Notes: generated by a model not told the origin, from the sequence alone. A stretch of DNA of 62,588 nt, filler included, from 6 parts of 6 records of this genome joined end to end with filler, not necessarily neighbours in it; one strand, 5' to 3'; positions 37,255-47,365 are shown, numbered from the whole stretch's first letter. Program-made: numbers and translations.

Positions 37255-38264
37255 TCGGCACCATACCATTTCAAAATCACTTGTTCCACCGGTTTATTTT
37301 GAGGTGTGAAATGTGGGTTCTTTGTCCCACCGGCATCCTCCTTCAGGTGCCACTTCCATAGAAACCCTCCGGCAAACCAGTCCTCCTTCCAGAAAGTCTG
37401 AAATAAGGCCTCATACCCAAGGTTCTGAATATCCATATTCAACGATGCATCACTCTTATCCACCTCCCAATGGTTGCCCGCTGAACCATTGACACTCTGA
37501 TAGCCGAATTCCGTGAACAGAATCGGTCGGCCTTCATCTTGGCTTACTTTTTTCATTTTTGAGCGGATTGGAACCCATGCGGCCAGCAGTTCTTCTGATA
37601 TGGGATTTGCTTCATGCACCAATGGATAATATGCATCGATCCCGATATAATCCAAATCCTTCCAAAAGGCTATGTTTTCATAATTATCCCAATTGGCCGC
37701 ATAAGTAAGCTTACCGTGATAAACCTCCCGAACTTTTTGAATCAGCGAATGCCAAAACTCCGGGCGTTTTACGACGGCTATTTTCAATTCCGTACCAATA
37801 CAAAACAGGGGCACATCCAACTCCTCGGCCAGCCTGGCATAATTGAGTATATACTTTTTATAGCTAAGCTCCCACTCTTTCCATTTCTCTTCAGTATCCA
37901 AATCAAAGTCTCCTATCCAGCCGCGCCCCATCCAAACGTGTGGTTTTAGCATCACCTGCAGTCCTGATTCTTTTGCCTGGCTAACCAAAATCCGTGTCCC
38001 TTCTGAACGCTCTCCCCACCATTGCCGCACATTATCAAAATGCACGGCTGGCTCGTTCGCTCTTGAAAAAGCATAGGGAACCAATGCAACCCATTCCGCC
38101 CCGACCCGCTTGACCTCATTCATCCTTAGGGCCTCAACTGGCTGAGATGGATTGACAAGACATACCCCATTAATTTTTGGGACAGGTTGATATGTAGGTT
38201 CAATGCATGCCACTAAAAAAAATGAAATGAGATACAGAAGAAATAATCTTGAGTTAATCGGCAT
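37251..38264 (-). CDS. Glycoside hydrolase family 113-like lipoprotein
   Basis: LVAC lipobox; MLKPH, IGTEL, TYAANWD, GIDAYYPL, FTEFGY. Confidence 0.88.
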   Translation of the reverse strand: MPINSRLFLLYLISFFLVACIEPTYQPVPKINGVCLVNPSQPVEALRMNEVKRVGAEWVALVPYAFSRANEPAVHFDNVRQWWGERSEGTRILVSQAKESGLQVMLKPHVWMGRGWIGDFDLDTEEKWKEWELSYKKYILNYARLAEELDVPLFCIGTELKIAVVKRPEFWHSLIQKVREVYHGKLTYAANWDNYENIAFWKDLDYIGIDAYYPLVHEANPISEELLAAWVPIRSKMKKVSQDEGRPILFTEFGYQSVNGSAGNHWEVDKSDASLNMDIQNLGYEALFQTFWKEDWFAGGFLWKWHLKEDAGGTKNPHFTPQNKPVEQVILKWYGAD

Positions 38265-38309
38265 TGCAGAGAAGAATTGATAATTTGAGGTTTAAATAAA
38301 AAGCAAGTT

Positions 38310-38855
38310 TTGCAAACAGCCATCGATATAACCAGCCTTCTTGTAAAAAGACTTAGAAATCGGGATGCTACCGCACTTGATTATCTATATGATCATTATT
38401 CGGATGCGCTGTTCGGGATCATCCAACGTACGCTAAACAATCAGGCGGCTGCCGAGGAGACATTGCAGGATGTCTTCATAAAAGTTTGGAACCAGATCGA
38501 TAAATACGACGAATCGAAAGGCACCTTATTCACATGGATGTACCGCATTGCACGAAATCAAGCGATTGATGCTCGTCGTTCCAAAGCTTTTAAAGCAGGT
38601 GAGAAATCCAATGATATTGATGCTTACGTAGATATTTTTGAAGAATCCGAAAACAAAGAAGACTACATCGGACTCTCTACTGTTTTGGATCAAATTGGTG
38701 CACTTTGTAAGAAATTGATCCAGCTCAATTTTTTCATGGGGTATTCTCATGCGGAAATAAGTAAGAACGAAGACATGCCACTCGGCTCGGTGAAAACCAA
38801 ACTCAGAAGCTGTCTGAAAAATGTTAAATCGCTTTTGAGCAACGACTTTGGATAA
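38310..38855 (+). CDS. ECF RNA polymerase sigma factor (SigK-like)
   Basis: AEETLQDVFIKVW, FTWMYRIARNQAID, GYSHAEIS...PLGSVKT. Confidence 0.92.
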   Translation: MQTAIDITSLLVKRLRNRDATALDYLYDHYSDALFGIIQRTLNNQAAAEETLQDVFIKVWNQIDKYDESKGTLFTWMYRIARNQAIDARRSKAFKAGEKSNDIDAYVDIFEESENKEDYIGLSTVLDQIGALCKKLIQLNFFMGYSHAEISKNEDMPLGSVKTKLRSCLKNVKSLLSNDFG

Positions 38856-39627
38856 AGAAGAAATTATATCGCAAGGGTATCTGGAGGCCTATCTCACAGG
38901 AGATCTGGAAGCCGACCAACTGAAAGAAGTGGAAGCCTTAATCAGCACAGACCAGGAGGTCCGAGCTGAATATTTCAAGATTGAAAAACTGATCGAGTTA
39001 CTGGCATTTTACAAGTCAGCCAATCCTTCCCCAGTCGTGAAGCGGATGGTAATGGAAAATCCAGCAGTCATGATCAACCTGCCCAAGGAAGACAGAAGCG
39101 CTACTGGAGGTTGGAAACTCATGATTGCGGCAAGCCTGCTTATGACCATGATGTCCATGCTTTCAGCTTACTATTTCTGGAACCAATGGCAAAACACCGA
39201 TAGGGAACTTAGTGGACTTATTGCCCAAAACCTGGAACTCGCACATAATTTTAATCGAGTGAACAACGACCTGGGGAATCTGCGTCAGGACGTAGCTGTA
39301 CTCATCAACCCTGAATATCAGCGGGTGATCCTAAACGGAACAGACAATGCCCCAAGTGCCAAAGCGGTTATTTATTGGAATTCGGCACAGGAAAAAGTAT
39401 TCCTGAACACAGCCTCCATGGCAGCATTGCCAAGTGACAAGCAATATCAATTGTGGGCGCTCGTAGATGGACAGCCCTTTGATGCGGGGGTATTCGATGC
39501 TTCCGTCGGCACCTTTCAGCTCATGAGGACTATTGGTAAAGCTGACGCTTTTGCCGTGACGATAGAACCCAAAGGCGGTAGCATAGCTCCTACCCTATCA
39601 ACCATGCAGGTGCTTGGGACGGTTTAA
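38848..39627 (+). CDS. Anti-sigma factor, RskA family
   Basis: Overlaps the sigma gene; TM helix; KQYQLW, FAVTIEPKGGS..PT. Confidence 0.92.
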   Translation: MDKEEIISQGYLEAYLTGDLEADQLKEVEALISTDQEVRAEYFKIEKLIELLAFYKSANPSPVVKRMVMENPAVMINLPKEDRSATGGWKLMIAASLLMTMMSMLSAYYFWNQWQNTDRELSGLIAQNLELAHNFNRVNNDLGNLRQDVAVLINPEYQRVILNGTDNAPSAKAVIYWNSAQEKVFLNTASMAALPSDKQYQLWALVDGQPFDAGVFDASVGTFQLMRTIGKADAFAVTIEPKGGSIAPTLSTMQVLGTV

Positions 39628-39662
39628 GGGTTTAAGCTGCTGAAAGTTGTTTTGAAACCATT

Positions 39663-40289
39663 ATGGATGCGATACAAAATATCTGGTTGTTCGTCGGGCT
39701 TTCCTGGTTGCTGATAATCACACCAGGCCCTGACACACTATTTGTTCTTACCAAAGGTGTTTCCGGTGGCACCAAACCTGGCATAATAGCCGCCATCGGA
39801 ATCACGATTGGCATATTGGTGCATACGGCCTTCGCAGCGCTCGGATTGTCGGTGATTTTGCAAACATCCGCTGTTGCTTTCACTATCGTAAAATACGCTG
39901 GGGCGGCCTATCTCCTCTTTCTTGGCTTCCAGGCTTTTTTGAGTAAGAAATCAAGGATGCGAACCCAAACCAGAGAGGTAACAAAAACAAAAACCTTTTA
40001 TCATGCCCTCCTTACCAATGTGCTAAATCCGAAGGTCGCTTTGTTCTTTGTAGCATTTCTACCGCAATTTGTTCATGCAGAAACGGGAAGTTCTTTCCTC
40101 CCATTTATTCTGCTCGGACTCCTTTTTGCCTGTTTCACCTTGTTCTTTCTTTGTGCACTAGGTGTTGCTTCGGGCTATGTTGGCAGCCGTATTTTGAGCA
40201 ATACTTCCTTCGAAAAATACCTTCAGAGAATCACCGGTCTGATCTACATTGGCTTGGGTTTGCGGTTGATATTCGTGCGACAGAATTAA
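39663..40289 (+). CDS. LysE/RhtB family translocator
   Basis: ITPGPD, KYAGAAYL, TNVLNPKVALFF. Confidence 0.92.
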   Translation: MDAIQNIWLFVGLSWLLIITPGPDTLFVLTKGVSGGTKPGIIAAIGITIGILVHTAFAALGLSVILQTSAVAFTIVKYAGAAYLLFLGFQAFLSKKSRMRTQTREVTKTKTFYHALLTNVLNPKVALFFVAFLPQFVHAETGSSFLPFILLGLLFACFTLFFLCALGVASGYVGSRILSNTSFEKYLQRITGLIYIGLGLRLIFVRQN

Positions 40290-40321
40290 TGCCTTTTGTC
40301 TATTTTCCTTAAATTCCCGAC

Positions 40322-40374
40322 ATGATCATAATTGTAATGGGAGTGACTGGCAGTGGTAAATCAACCATTGGAGC
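40322..40374 (+). CDS. Partial gluconokinase-like P-loop kinase (N-terminus only)
   Basis: MIIIVMGVTGSGKSTIG, cut by the spacer. Confidence 0.75.
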
Positions 40375-40474
40375 NNNNNNNNNNNNNNNNNNNNNNNNNN
40401 NNNNNNNNNNNNNNNNNNTTAATTAATTAANNNNNNNNNNNNNNNNNNNNNNNNNNNNNNNNNNNNNNNNNNNN
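40375..40474. other. Artificial contig spacer
   Basis: N44-TTAATTAATTAA-N44. Confidence 0.99.
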
Positions 40475-40515
40475 GTGCTAGGATCACCGCAGGGCAATCG
40501 GCGACGGGGCTGAAA

Positions 40516-41361
40516 GTGATTTTCCGGGTTTATGTGAGCGCAATGTTTGTCTGCGCCGCCATGCTATCTGCAGGCGTAGCCGAGGCACGCCCGACAGAAG
40601 GCAAAGCCGCCTGCCCCACCGACGCGATCGCCCCTGCCGTCACACCGCAGATCATCATCGACCCGCACGGCGGTCCGGCCATAGGCACTATGCAATATCC
40701 CGACAATGGCGGCTTGGCTCCGCGTCAGATCGCCCTCACTTTTGATGACGGCCCCGATCCGACGACAACACCGCGCATCCTCGACATTCTTGACAAGCAT
40801 TGCATCAAGGCGACTTTCTTCATGGTCGGCATCTATGCCAAAGCCCGCCCTGATCTCGTGCGCGAAGTCGCCAGACGCGGGCATGTCATCGGCACGCATA
40901 GCTGGTCGCACCCCAACAACCTGCGCCACTTGTCGCTTGCCAGCGCAAAATCACAGATCACACGCGGCATAGCCGCTGTTAGGGATGCATTAGCCGACGC
41001 ACCACCAAGCCAGCGCGATGCCCTCGCCCCCTTCTTCCGTTTTCCAGGCCTCAATGATCGCAAGTCGCTCATCACATGGCTGGGCGAACAGGACATTGCC
41101 ACCATGTCCTGTTCCTTCGGTGCCGATGACTGGAAACGCATCAGCGCCAACAGTGTCTATCGCCGCGGGCTTGCCGCCATCGAATCCAATGGCGGCGGCA
41201 TCCTCATCCTGCACGATACCAAACCACATACCGCCGACATGCTATCCAAGTTCATCGTCACACTTCAAAAACGGGGATATGAATTTGTGCAACTTGCCCC
41301 AAAAAGACCTATGCCAACTTTCGCCGAGACAGATCCCGACTTGAGAAAGGTCCTGCCATGA
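40516..41361 (+). CDS. Exported polysaccharide/peptidoglycan deacetylase (CE4, NodB domain)
   Basis: Signal peptide; LTFDDGP, HSWSH, FRFP, ILHD. Confidence 0.92.
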   Translation: MIFRVYVSAMFVCAAMLSAGVAEARPTEGKAACPTDAIAPAVTPQIIIDPHGGPAIGTMQYPDNGGLAPRQIALTFDDGPDPTTTPRILDILDKHCIKATFFMVGIYAKARPDLVREVARRGHVIGTHSWSHPNNLRHLSLASAKSQITRGIAAVRDALADAPPSQRDALAPFFRFPGLNDRKSLITWLGEQDIATMSCSFGADDWKRISANSVYRRGLAAIESNGGGILILHDTKPHTADMLSKFIVTLQKRGYEFVQLAPKRPMPTFAETDPDLRKVLP

Positions 41362-41969
41362 CGAAAAAACTTATCACCCGTCGCCACGCCATCGCGCTCA
41401 CCGCGACCGCCCTCATCGCGGCACCCGCCATCGTCAAGGCCGACGCTCCCTACAAGCGTCGTCTCAACATGCAATCTCTCAATTCGGGAGAAAAACTTAA
41501 TATCGTCTATTGGGCGGACGGGGATTACATCCCCGAGGCCCGAAAAGAGATCGATCATTTCATGCGTGATCTGAGATCAAACAAAACAACGGAAATGCAC
41601 AAGGATTTGCTCGATCTCTTGCAGGAAATCATACAAATTTCTCCTTCAAAGAACCCTCTCTACACCATGTCCGGCTATCGCTCCGAGAGTACAAATGCTT
41701 GGCTCGCCGCCCATTCGGACGGCGTTGACCCAGCCAGTTTCCACATGCGCGGCATGGCCATGGACCTGACCCAGGATTTCTCCGACCCCGGCCTCGTCTA
41801 TCGTATTGCCAAGAAGATCGGGCGCGGTGGCGCGGGTTTCTATCCCGTCAAACGCCCCTTTGTGCATGTCGATGTCGGTCCGCCCGACACATGGGTGCAT
41901 CCACAGCTCGGGCGCCCAAACCGCGATCAGGAGTATGATCGCCTGATGTCCGAAAAACAAAAATCCTGA
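41358..41969 (+). CDS. YcbK/DUF882 family (peptidase M15) protein with Tat signal
   Basis: TRRHAI twin-arginine leader; SGYRS, SFHMRGMAMD, FVHVD. Confidence 0.9.
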   Translation: MTKKLITRRHAIALTATALIAAPAIVKADAPYKRRLNMQSLNSGEKLNIVYWADGDYIPEARKEIDHFMRDLRSNKTTEMHKDLLDLLQEIIQISPSKNPLYTMSGYRSESTNAWLAAHSDGVDPASFHMRGMAMDLTQDFSDPGLVYRIAKKIGRGGAGFYPVKRPFVHVDVGPPDTWVHPQLGRPNRDQEYDRLMSEKQKS

Positions 41970-41995
41970 CACAGACTTATCCGTATCAGGATTTT
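41960..41995. terminator. Hairpin between convergent DUF882 and phaB genes
   Basis: AAAATCCTGA-N16-TCAGGATTTT. Confidence 0.55.
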
Positions 41996-42015
41996 ATAAA
42001 GACCACCGCTTCGGA

Positions 42016-42741
42016 TTAACCCGAAATATATTGAGCTCCGTTACAGGTTAGCGTCGTGCCTGTGACAAAAGCCGATTTTTCGTCGGCCAGAAATGTCACG
42101 CAATGGGCAATCTCATCAGCCTGACCCAGACGACCAACCGGGATCGTCGAAATAATGCTTTCCAACACTTTCGGCGGCACAGCCTGAACCATTTCCGTAT
42201 CGATATAGCCCGGCGCAATCACATTGACCGTGACGCCCTTCTTGGCAACTTCTTGCGCCAGCGCTTTGGTGAAACCCACCAAGCCGGCTTTGGCAGCGGA
42301 GTAATTGGTCTGCCCCATCTGCCCCTTTTGGCCATTGATAGAAGAGATGTTGATGATCCGCCCAAAGCCACGATCACGCATACCGGTAATAAGCGGCTGG
42401 GTCATGTTGAAGACGCTATCGAGGTCGGTAGAAATCACCTCACGCCACTGCTGCGGCGTCATTTTGTGCAGCATCGCATCACGCGTGATGCCTGCATTGT
42501 TCACAAGAACATCGACCGCACCAAGCTTTGCCTCAACTTCGGCGATCCCTTTGACGCAAGCCTCGTAATCGCTCACATCCCATTTGAATGTTGCAATACT
42601 CGTTTCCTTTGAGAAGGCTTCAGCCGCTGCATCATTGCCCGCATAATTTGCGGCCACCGTATATCCCGCGGCCTTCAACGCGACGGAAATGGCGGCACCG
42701 ATGCCGCGTGTTCCACCAGTAACGATTGCAACTTTGCTCAT
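42016..42741 (-). CDS. phaB: Acetoacetyl-CoA reductase
   Basis: TGGTRGIG, NNAGITRD, NGQKGQMGQTNYSAAK; downstream of thiolase. Confidence 0.95.
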   Translation of the reverse strand: MSKVAIVTGGTRGIGAAISVALKAAGYTVAANYAGNDAAAEAFSKETSIATFKWDVSDYEACVKGIAEVEAKLGAVDVLVNNAGITRDAMLHKMTPQQWREVISTDLDSVFNMTQPLITGMRDRGFGRIINISSINGQKGQMGQTNYSAAKAGLVGFTKALAQEVAKKGVTVNVIAPGYIDTEMVQAVPPKVLESIISTIPVGRLGQADEIAHCVTFLADEKSAFVTGTTLTCNGAQYISG

Positions 42742-42793
42742 GGGTCCGTTTCTCCGGTCTCAATAAAGGCAGGCTAAGAATTTGAGGCAGCGT

Positions 42794-43984
42794 TTAACCG
42801 CGCTCGACACAAAGGGCAATGCCCATACCGCCACCGATACAAAGCGTCGCAAGCCCCTTCTTCGCATCACGCTTTTCCATTTCATGCAGCAAGGTCACCA
42901 GCACGCGCGCACCAGACGCGCCGATCGGATGACCAATGGCAATGGCACCGCCATTCACATTCACTTTTGCGGCATCCCAGCCCAAGTCCTTGTTGACCGC
43001 CAGCGCCTGCGCGGCAAAAGCTTCATTGGCCTCAACCAGATCGAGATCATCGACAGACCATCCGGCCTTTTTCAGCGCCGCGCGCGAGGCAGGGATCGGA
43101 CCAGTACCCATGATCGCAGGATCAACCCCTGCCTGCGCCCACGAAACAATACGCCCCAACACTTTGCGGCCCTCAGATTTCGCACGTTCCGCGCTCATCA
43201 GCACAACTGCGGCCGCTCCGTCATTAATGCCACTGGCATTGGCTGCCGTCACCGAGCCGCCTTCTTTCTGGAACGCTGGTTTCAAACCCTTGATGCCATC
43301 CAGAGTTACTCCCGGCTTGATAAACTCGTCTTCGGAAATAACAGTATCACCCTTGCGGCCCTTGATCGTCACAGGCACGATCTCGTCCTTGAAGCGCCCT
43401 GATTTCTGCGCCGCCTCGGCTTTGTTCTGCGACGCCACAGCAAATGTATCTTGCTCTTCACGCGTGATCTGCCAGCGCGCAGCCACATTTTCGGCAGTCT
43501 GACCCATGTGATAACCATGGAACGCATCCCACAGTCCGTCCTTGATCATCGTGTCGACAAATTTCATATCGCCCATTTTCGTGCCCGAACGCAGATAGGC
43601 AGCGTGTGGCGCCATGCTCATGCTTTCTTGGCCGCCCGCGACCACCACATCGCTGTCGCCATTGACAATCGCCTGATATCCCAGCGCCACAGCACGAAGG
43701 CCGGAACCGCAAAGCTGATTGATGCCCCAAGCTGGCACTTCCACCGGCAATCCGGCATTAATCGCGGCCTGCCGCGCCGGATTCTGCCCCTGCCCCGCTT
43801 GCAGGATCTGACCCATAATGACTTCCGAGACCTGATCTTTGGCCACTCCCGCACGCTCCAGCGCAGCGTTGATAGCCACTGTTCCCAGATCGTGAGCAGG
43901 TACAGAAGACAAAGCTCCGTTGAACGAGCCCACAGGGGTGCGCGCTGCACCAACAATCACCACATCGATATCGGATTTGGTCAT
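42794..43984 (-). CDS. phaA: Acetyl-CoA C-acetyltransferase (beta-ketothiolase)
   Basis: [27 protein letters not shown]. Confidence 0.95.
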   Translation of the reverse strand: MTKSDIDVVIVGAARTPVGSFNGALSSVPAHDLGTVAINAALERAGVAKDQVSEVIMGQILQAGQGQNPARQAAINAGLPVEVPAWGINQLCGSGLRAVALGYQAIVNGDSDVVVAGGQESMSMAPHAAYLRSGTKMGDMKFVDTMIKDGLWDAFHGYHMGQTAENVAARWQITREEQDTFAVASQNKAEAAQKSGRFKDEIVPVTIKGRKGDTVISEDEFIKPGVTLDGIKGLKPAFQKEGGSVTAANASGINDGAAAVVLMSAERAKSEGRKVLGRIVSWAQAGVDPAIMGTGPIPASRAALKKAGWSVDDLDLVEANEAFAAQALAVNKDLGWDAAKVNVNGGAIAIGHPIGASGARVLVTLLHEMEKRDAKKGLATLCIGGGMGIALCVERG

Positions 43985-44106
43985 GCTCTAGATCCCTGTC
44001 ATTATGCGCCGACGCCAATCAGGGCCGGACTCTAAGCCTACGCGCCTTATTATCGCGCTTTTCAGACACAATGCCCCAGCGGCGGTAAGTGGTAAACGGA
44101 TTTCTG

Positions 44107-44140
44107 TGCAATGCAAACGCAGGGCTTGCGCATTGCAACA
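44107..44140. promoter_or_regulatory. Putative PhaR operator
   Basis: TGCAATGCA (TGC-N3-GCA) and inverted copy GCATTGCAACA in the phaA/phaR divergent region. Confidence 0.6.
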
Positions 44141-44244
44141 ATACCGCGCCACAATGCGCCCACTGAACAGGGGACTACCGGACTCAAAGAACGACCGTAA
44201 CAACTGGTCCTCATTCCGGATCGGCGTTTTGCCTTTAGTGGAGA

Positions 44245-44877
44245 TTGAAAACCGTGGCAAAAAAAACTGCTTCCACGGGTGATGACACCATCGTCATCAA
44301 GAAGTACGCGAACCGGCGGCTCTATAACACGGCGACTTCGAGTTACGTGACCCTCGACCATCTCTGCGAGATGGTGAAGAAGGGTCAGGACTTCACTGTG
44401 CATGATGCCAAAACGGGCGAAGACATTACCCGCTCGGTTCTTGCGCAAATCATATTTGAAGAAGAAGGCAAGAGTGGCCAGAACCTGTTGCCAATAAAGT
44501 TTCTTCGACAGCTCATCCGCTTCTATGGCGACAGTTTGCAAGGTTTGGTGCCGTCCTATCTGGAACTAAGCATGGACAGCTTTGCCCGCGAGCAGGAAAA
44601 GCTGCGCGGTAAAATTGCCAGCGCCTTTGGCGGGCAAGTAAGGCTCGGCCAATTCGAAGAACAGATCAGACAGAATTTCGCAGTCTTCGATGGCGCTATG
44701 CGCATGTTCTCTCCCTTTTCGGCCCGCACACGCGGCGAAAAAGGCGACAGCCCTGCTGGCGATAGCAAGCCTGCGGAAGAAAGCAAAGGCGGTGATACAT
44801 CCGCCAGTGAGATGGATGAACTGAAGCGTCAGCTAGCTGACATGCAGGCGCGTCTAGAGGATCTGGCCAAGAAATAG
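44245..44877 (+). CDS. phaR: Polyhydroxyalkanoate synthesis repressor PhaR
   Basis: IKKYANRRLYNT..SSYVTL, DAKTGEDIT, FLRQLI; start may be GTG at 44254. Confidence 0.95.
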   Translation: MKTVAKKTASTGDDTIVIKKYANRRLYNTATSSYVTLDHLCEMVKKGQDFTVHDAKTGEDITRSVLAQIIFEEEGKSGQNLLPIKFLRQLIRFYGDSLQGLVPSYLELSMDSFAREQEKLRGKIASAFGGQVRLGQFEEQIRQNFAVFDGAMRMFSPFSARTRGEKGDSPAGDSKPAEESKGGDTSASEMDELKRQLADMQARLEDLAKK

Positions 44878-44930
44878 AGACCGCAAGGTTTCGGGTTAGA
44901 CGCCAATTTCCGCTTCCCTGTAACGGCGTG

Positions 44931-46802
44931 TCAGGCTCGACGTGCCGCAGGGAAGCCGAGACAATGCACATCGCTCAATTGCATCACAGGCTCGCCCAGA
45001 AAGAATCCCTGAAGATACTCCACACCAAAATCGCGCAGCATTGCCACTTCTTCAGCATTGCCAACCCATTCAGCGACGATCGGCAAATTGAAATTGTGCG
45101 CTAGCTCCACCAGAGTACGTACAAAAAACTGATTATCGCGATTGGTCGTCAGGTCTTTGACAAATGATCCGTCGATTTTCACCAAATCAAACTCAACAGC
45201 CGTCAGATTCCGGAACGAAGTATATCCCGCTCCAAAATCATCAATGGCCACTTGGCAACCAAGCTCACGCAACGAACTTACAAATTCGGCAGAACCCTCA
45301 ATCTCGTCTAGCGCCATTGTCTCGGTGATTTCCACCGTCAGGCGTGATGCCAACGTCCTGTCTGCGCGCAATTGCGCAACCAGAGTATCCAGCCACAATG
45401 GGTCATTGGCAGTGCGCCCGGAAACATTCAGCGACAGATGGACGCTGGGATGTTCACGTAATGAATCAAGCGCCAGTTCCATCACACGGAAATCAAGCAA
45501 CCCAATAAGACCAAGCTTTTCCGCAATCGGCACAAAATCGCCTGCCGCCGCAATTGTTCCGTCATGCTGAACCAGACGCACTAAACACTCATGCATCACA
45601 ACTTCGCCAGTCACGGACGACACAATCGGCTGATAGGCGAGCCTAATACGGCGCTCATTCAATGCAGCCACAAGCTCGTCAGTCACATTCATATTATTCT
45701 GGCGCACGCGCTCGCGCTCACGCGATGGCGAATAAATGACATAGCTGTCGCGATGCATCTGCTTCGCTACTGTTAATGCCTCTTCCGCGTTCGAAAGTGC
45801 ATGCTCTACAGTCTGAGCATGAAGCGGCAGCGAAACGCAGCCCGCCGAAATAGTCGCAGCAACAGGACCCCGCGAAGTCTGGATAGCAACATCACGAACG
45901 GATGCAAGCAAACGTTCGGTAACGGACACGAGACGTTCCTGATCGCAATTTGAAAATACAATACCAAATTTGTTGCCGGAGTAGCGACCCACGATATCAA
46001 CCTTGCGGGCTAGGCCGCGAAGACGCTGCCCCACGCCGACAATGACCTCATCGGCAATGTCAAACCCATAGGAATCATTGATAAGTGAAAGATTGTCGAC
46101 CGCCAGAAGCAGAAACGCACCATTCCTGCGGGTGCGGATAGCGCTTGCCAATGTATCGGTCAGCGCATCCTTGAGACGCGCGCGCGTCAAAAGTCCTGTC
46201 AGGTCGTCATACGTAGACAAATGGACAAGGCGCTCGTCGCGATGACGCCGCTCGTCGATACGACGTAAAACACCAATAGCCGACTCTGGAACACCATCTT
46301 CATTGGCAAACCAACGTCCGCGATCTTCGTACCAATGCAAAACCCCATTTGCATCTTTAAGTTGGTATTCCAACTCATACAAAACGCCGTCACCTTGGTC
46401 TTTTTCTGAAGCTCCTATGACAACATCAAAACGACTTGCGCCTTTTTGGCACACGACTTTCGCTGTATAGGAGCGTTCTGTCCCGATTTCGCTTACATCT
46501 GTCAGGCCCAGCCCTTGCGCGGCTCCATTGGCCCAGACGATCTGATCTGATCTGATATCCCAGTGATATGCGACGTCGCCCAAAGCGCTGGCGGCAGTTG
46601 AGAGGAGGACCTCATTGCCCATAGACGTGCCAGAAAGCGCATGAGAAACCTGCTTCGCAACCATGTTGGCGCGAACTTCGTTCATCATCTCGCTAGGTGC
46701 ATTCGCAGGTTTCTGCGCGTCAAATTCCACTTTTGGCCTCACTCGCTCTTGTGACCTGGCTTTCTTTGCCAACCCGCCCGTCCTAGGCGGCCTCTTGAGC
46801 AA
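44931..46802 (-). CDS. PAS-like/GGDEF(degenerate)/EAL c-di-GMP phosphodiesterase
   Basis: DDLTGL, GRYSGNKF in place of GGDEF, HECLVRL, IDDFGAGYTS, VKIDGSFV, AEWV, QGF; start uncertain. Confidence 0.9.
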   Translation of the reverse strand: MLKRPPRTGGLAKKARSQERVRPKVEFDAQKPANAPSEMMNEVRANMVAKQVSHALSGTSMGNEVLLSTAASALGDVAYHWDIRSDQIVWANGAAQGLGLTDVSEIGTERSYTAKVVCQKGASRFDVVIGASEKDQGDGVLYELEYQLKDANGVLHWYEDRGRWFANEDGVPESAIGVLRRIDERRHRDERLVHLSTYDDLTGLLTRARLKDALTDTLASAIRTRRNGAFLLLAVDNLSLINDSYGFDIADEVIVGVGQRLRGLARKVDIVGRYSGNKFGIVFSNCDQERLVSVTERLLASVRDVAIQTSRGPVAATISAGCVSLPLHAQTVEHALSNAEEALTVAKQMHRDSYVIYSPSRERERVRQNNMNVTDELVAALNERRIRLAYQPIVSSVTGEVVMHECLVRLVQHDGTIAAAGDFVPIAEKLGLIGLLDFRVMELALDSLREHPSVHLSLNVSGRTANDPLWLDTLVAQLRADRTLASRLTVEITETMALDEIEGSAEFVSSLRELGCQVAIDDFGAGYTSFRNLTAVEFDLVKIDGSFVKDLTTNRDNQFFVRTLVELAHNFNLPIVAEWVGNAEEVAMLRDFGVEYLQGFFLGEPVMQLSDVHCLGFPAARRA

Positions 46803-46911
46803 GGTACAGTTTCGCGGAGAGGTCTTAATATTCCCCCAAACGACATGGCTGCTAAAGTTTTAATCTTTATGGTTAACAGGCGATAAGAAATTGGACCTCT
46901 GGAATCGCAAG

Positions 46912-46927
46912 TGGCAGACTTCTTGCT
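46912..46927 (+). promoter_or_regulatory. Sigma-54 (-24/-12) promoter
   Basis: TGGCAG-ACTTC-TTGCT fits TGGCAC-N5-TTGC with exact spacing, about 75 nt upstream of the ATG at 47003. Confidence 0.7.
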
Positions 46928-47002
46928 GATACCTGTTCACAACAATGTGAAACGCCTGATCGGCATGCGACAAACGCAAAGACAGAGACCAGATAGATCG
47001 GC

Positions 47003-47350
47003 ATGGACAGCATCAAACGCATAGACGCGGTATCTGCCGCCAATCGGCCATCATCTATGCGACAAGGCCAGGATCAACGCAGCGGTGAAACAAACGCCGC
47101 AGGCAAAGATATGATCATATCACCCGCACAACCGCGTGCGAGTGCGGGTCTACGTATTGAACAGCCACATTTCCGTCCTGCTGCCAATTTTCTTGCGCAA
47201 TATATCGATCAGCATTTCAGGTGGCCGCGCGCGCCCCACCGCAAAGACCGCCAAAGGCAACGCGCCACCAATGCCTATATAACGGCAGAGATGTTGCCGG
47301 ACATATTGGCAGACGCGCTCCGTCTGCATCCAGTAGACAAGAAACTATGA
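47003..47350 (+). CDS. Hypothetical protein
   Basis: ATG start downstream of the sigma-54 motif; FLAQYIDQ...ATNAY. Confidence 0.65.
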   Translation: MDSIKRIDAVSAANRPSSMRQGQDQRSGETNAAGKDMIISPAQPRASAGLRIEQPHFRPAANFLAQYIDQHFRWPRAPHRKDRQRQRATNAYITAEMLPDILADALRLHPVDKKL

Positions 47351-47365
47351 TCCGATGCTGTCTGC

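Noticed and set aside
42103..44035. Long plus-strand ORFs (169-206 aa) opposite phaB/phaA
   Set aside because: Antisense shadows of strongly codon-biased genes; no recognisable motifs
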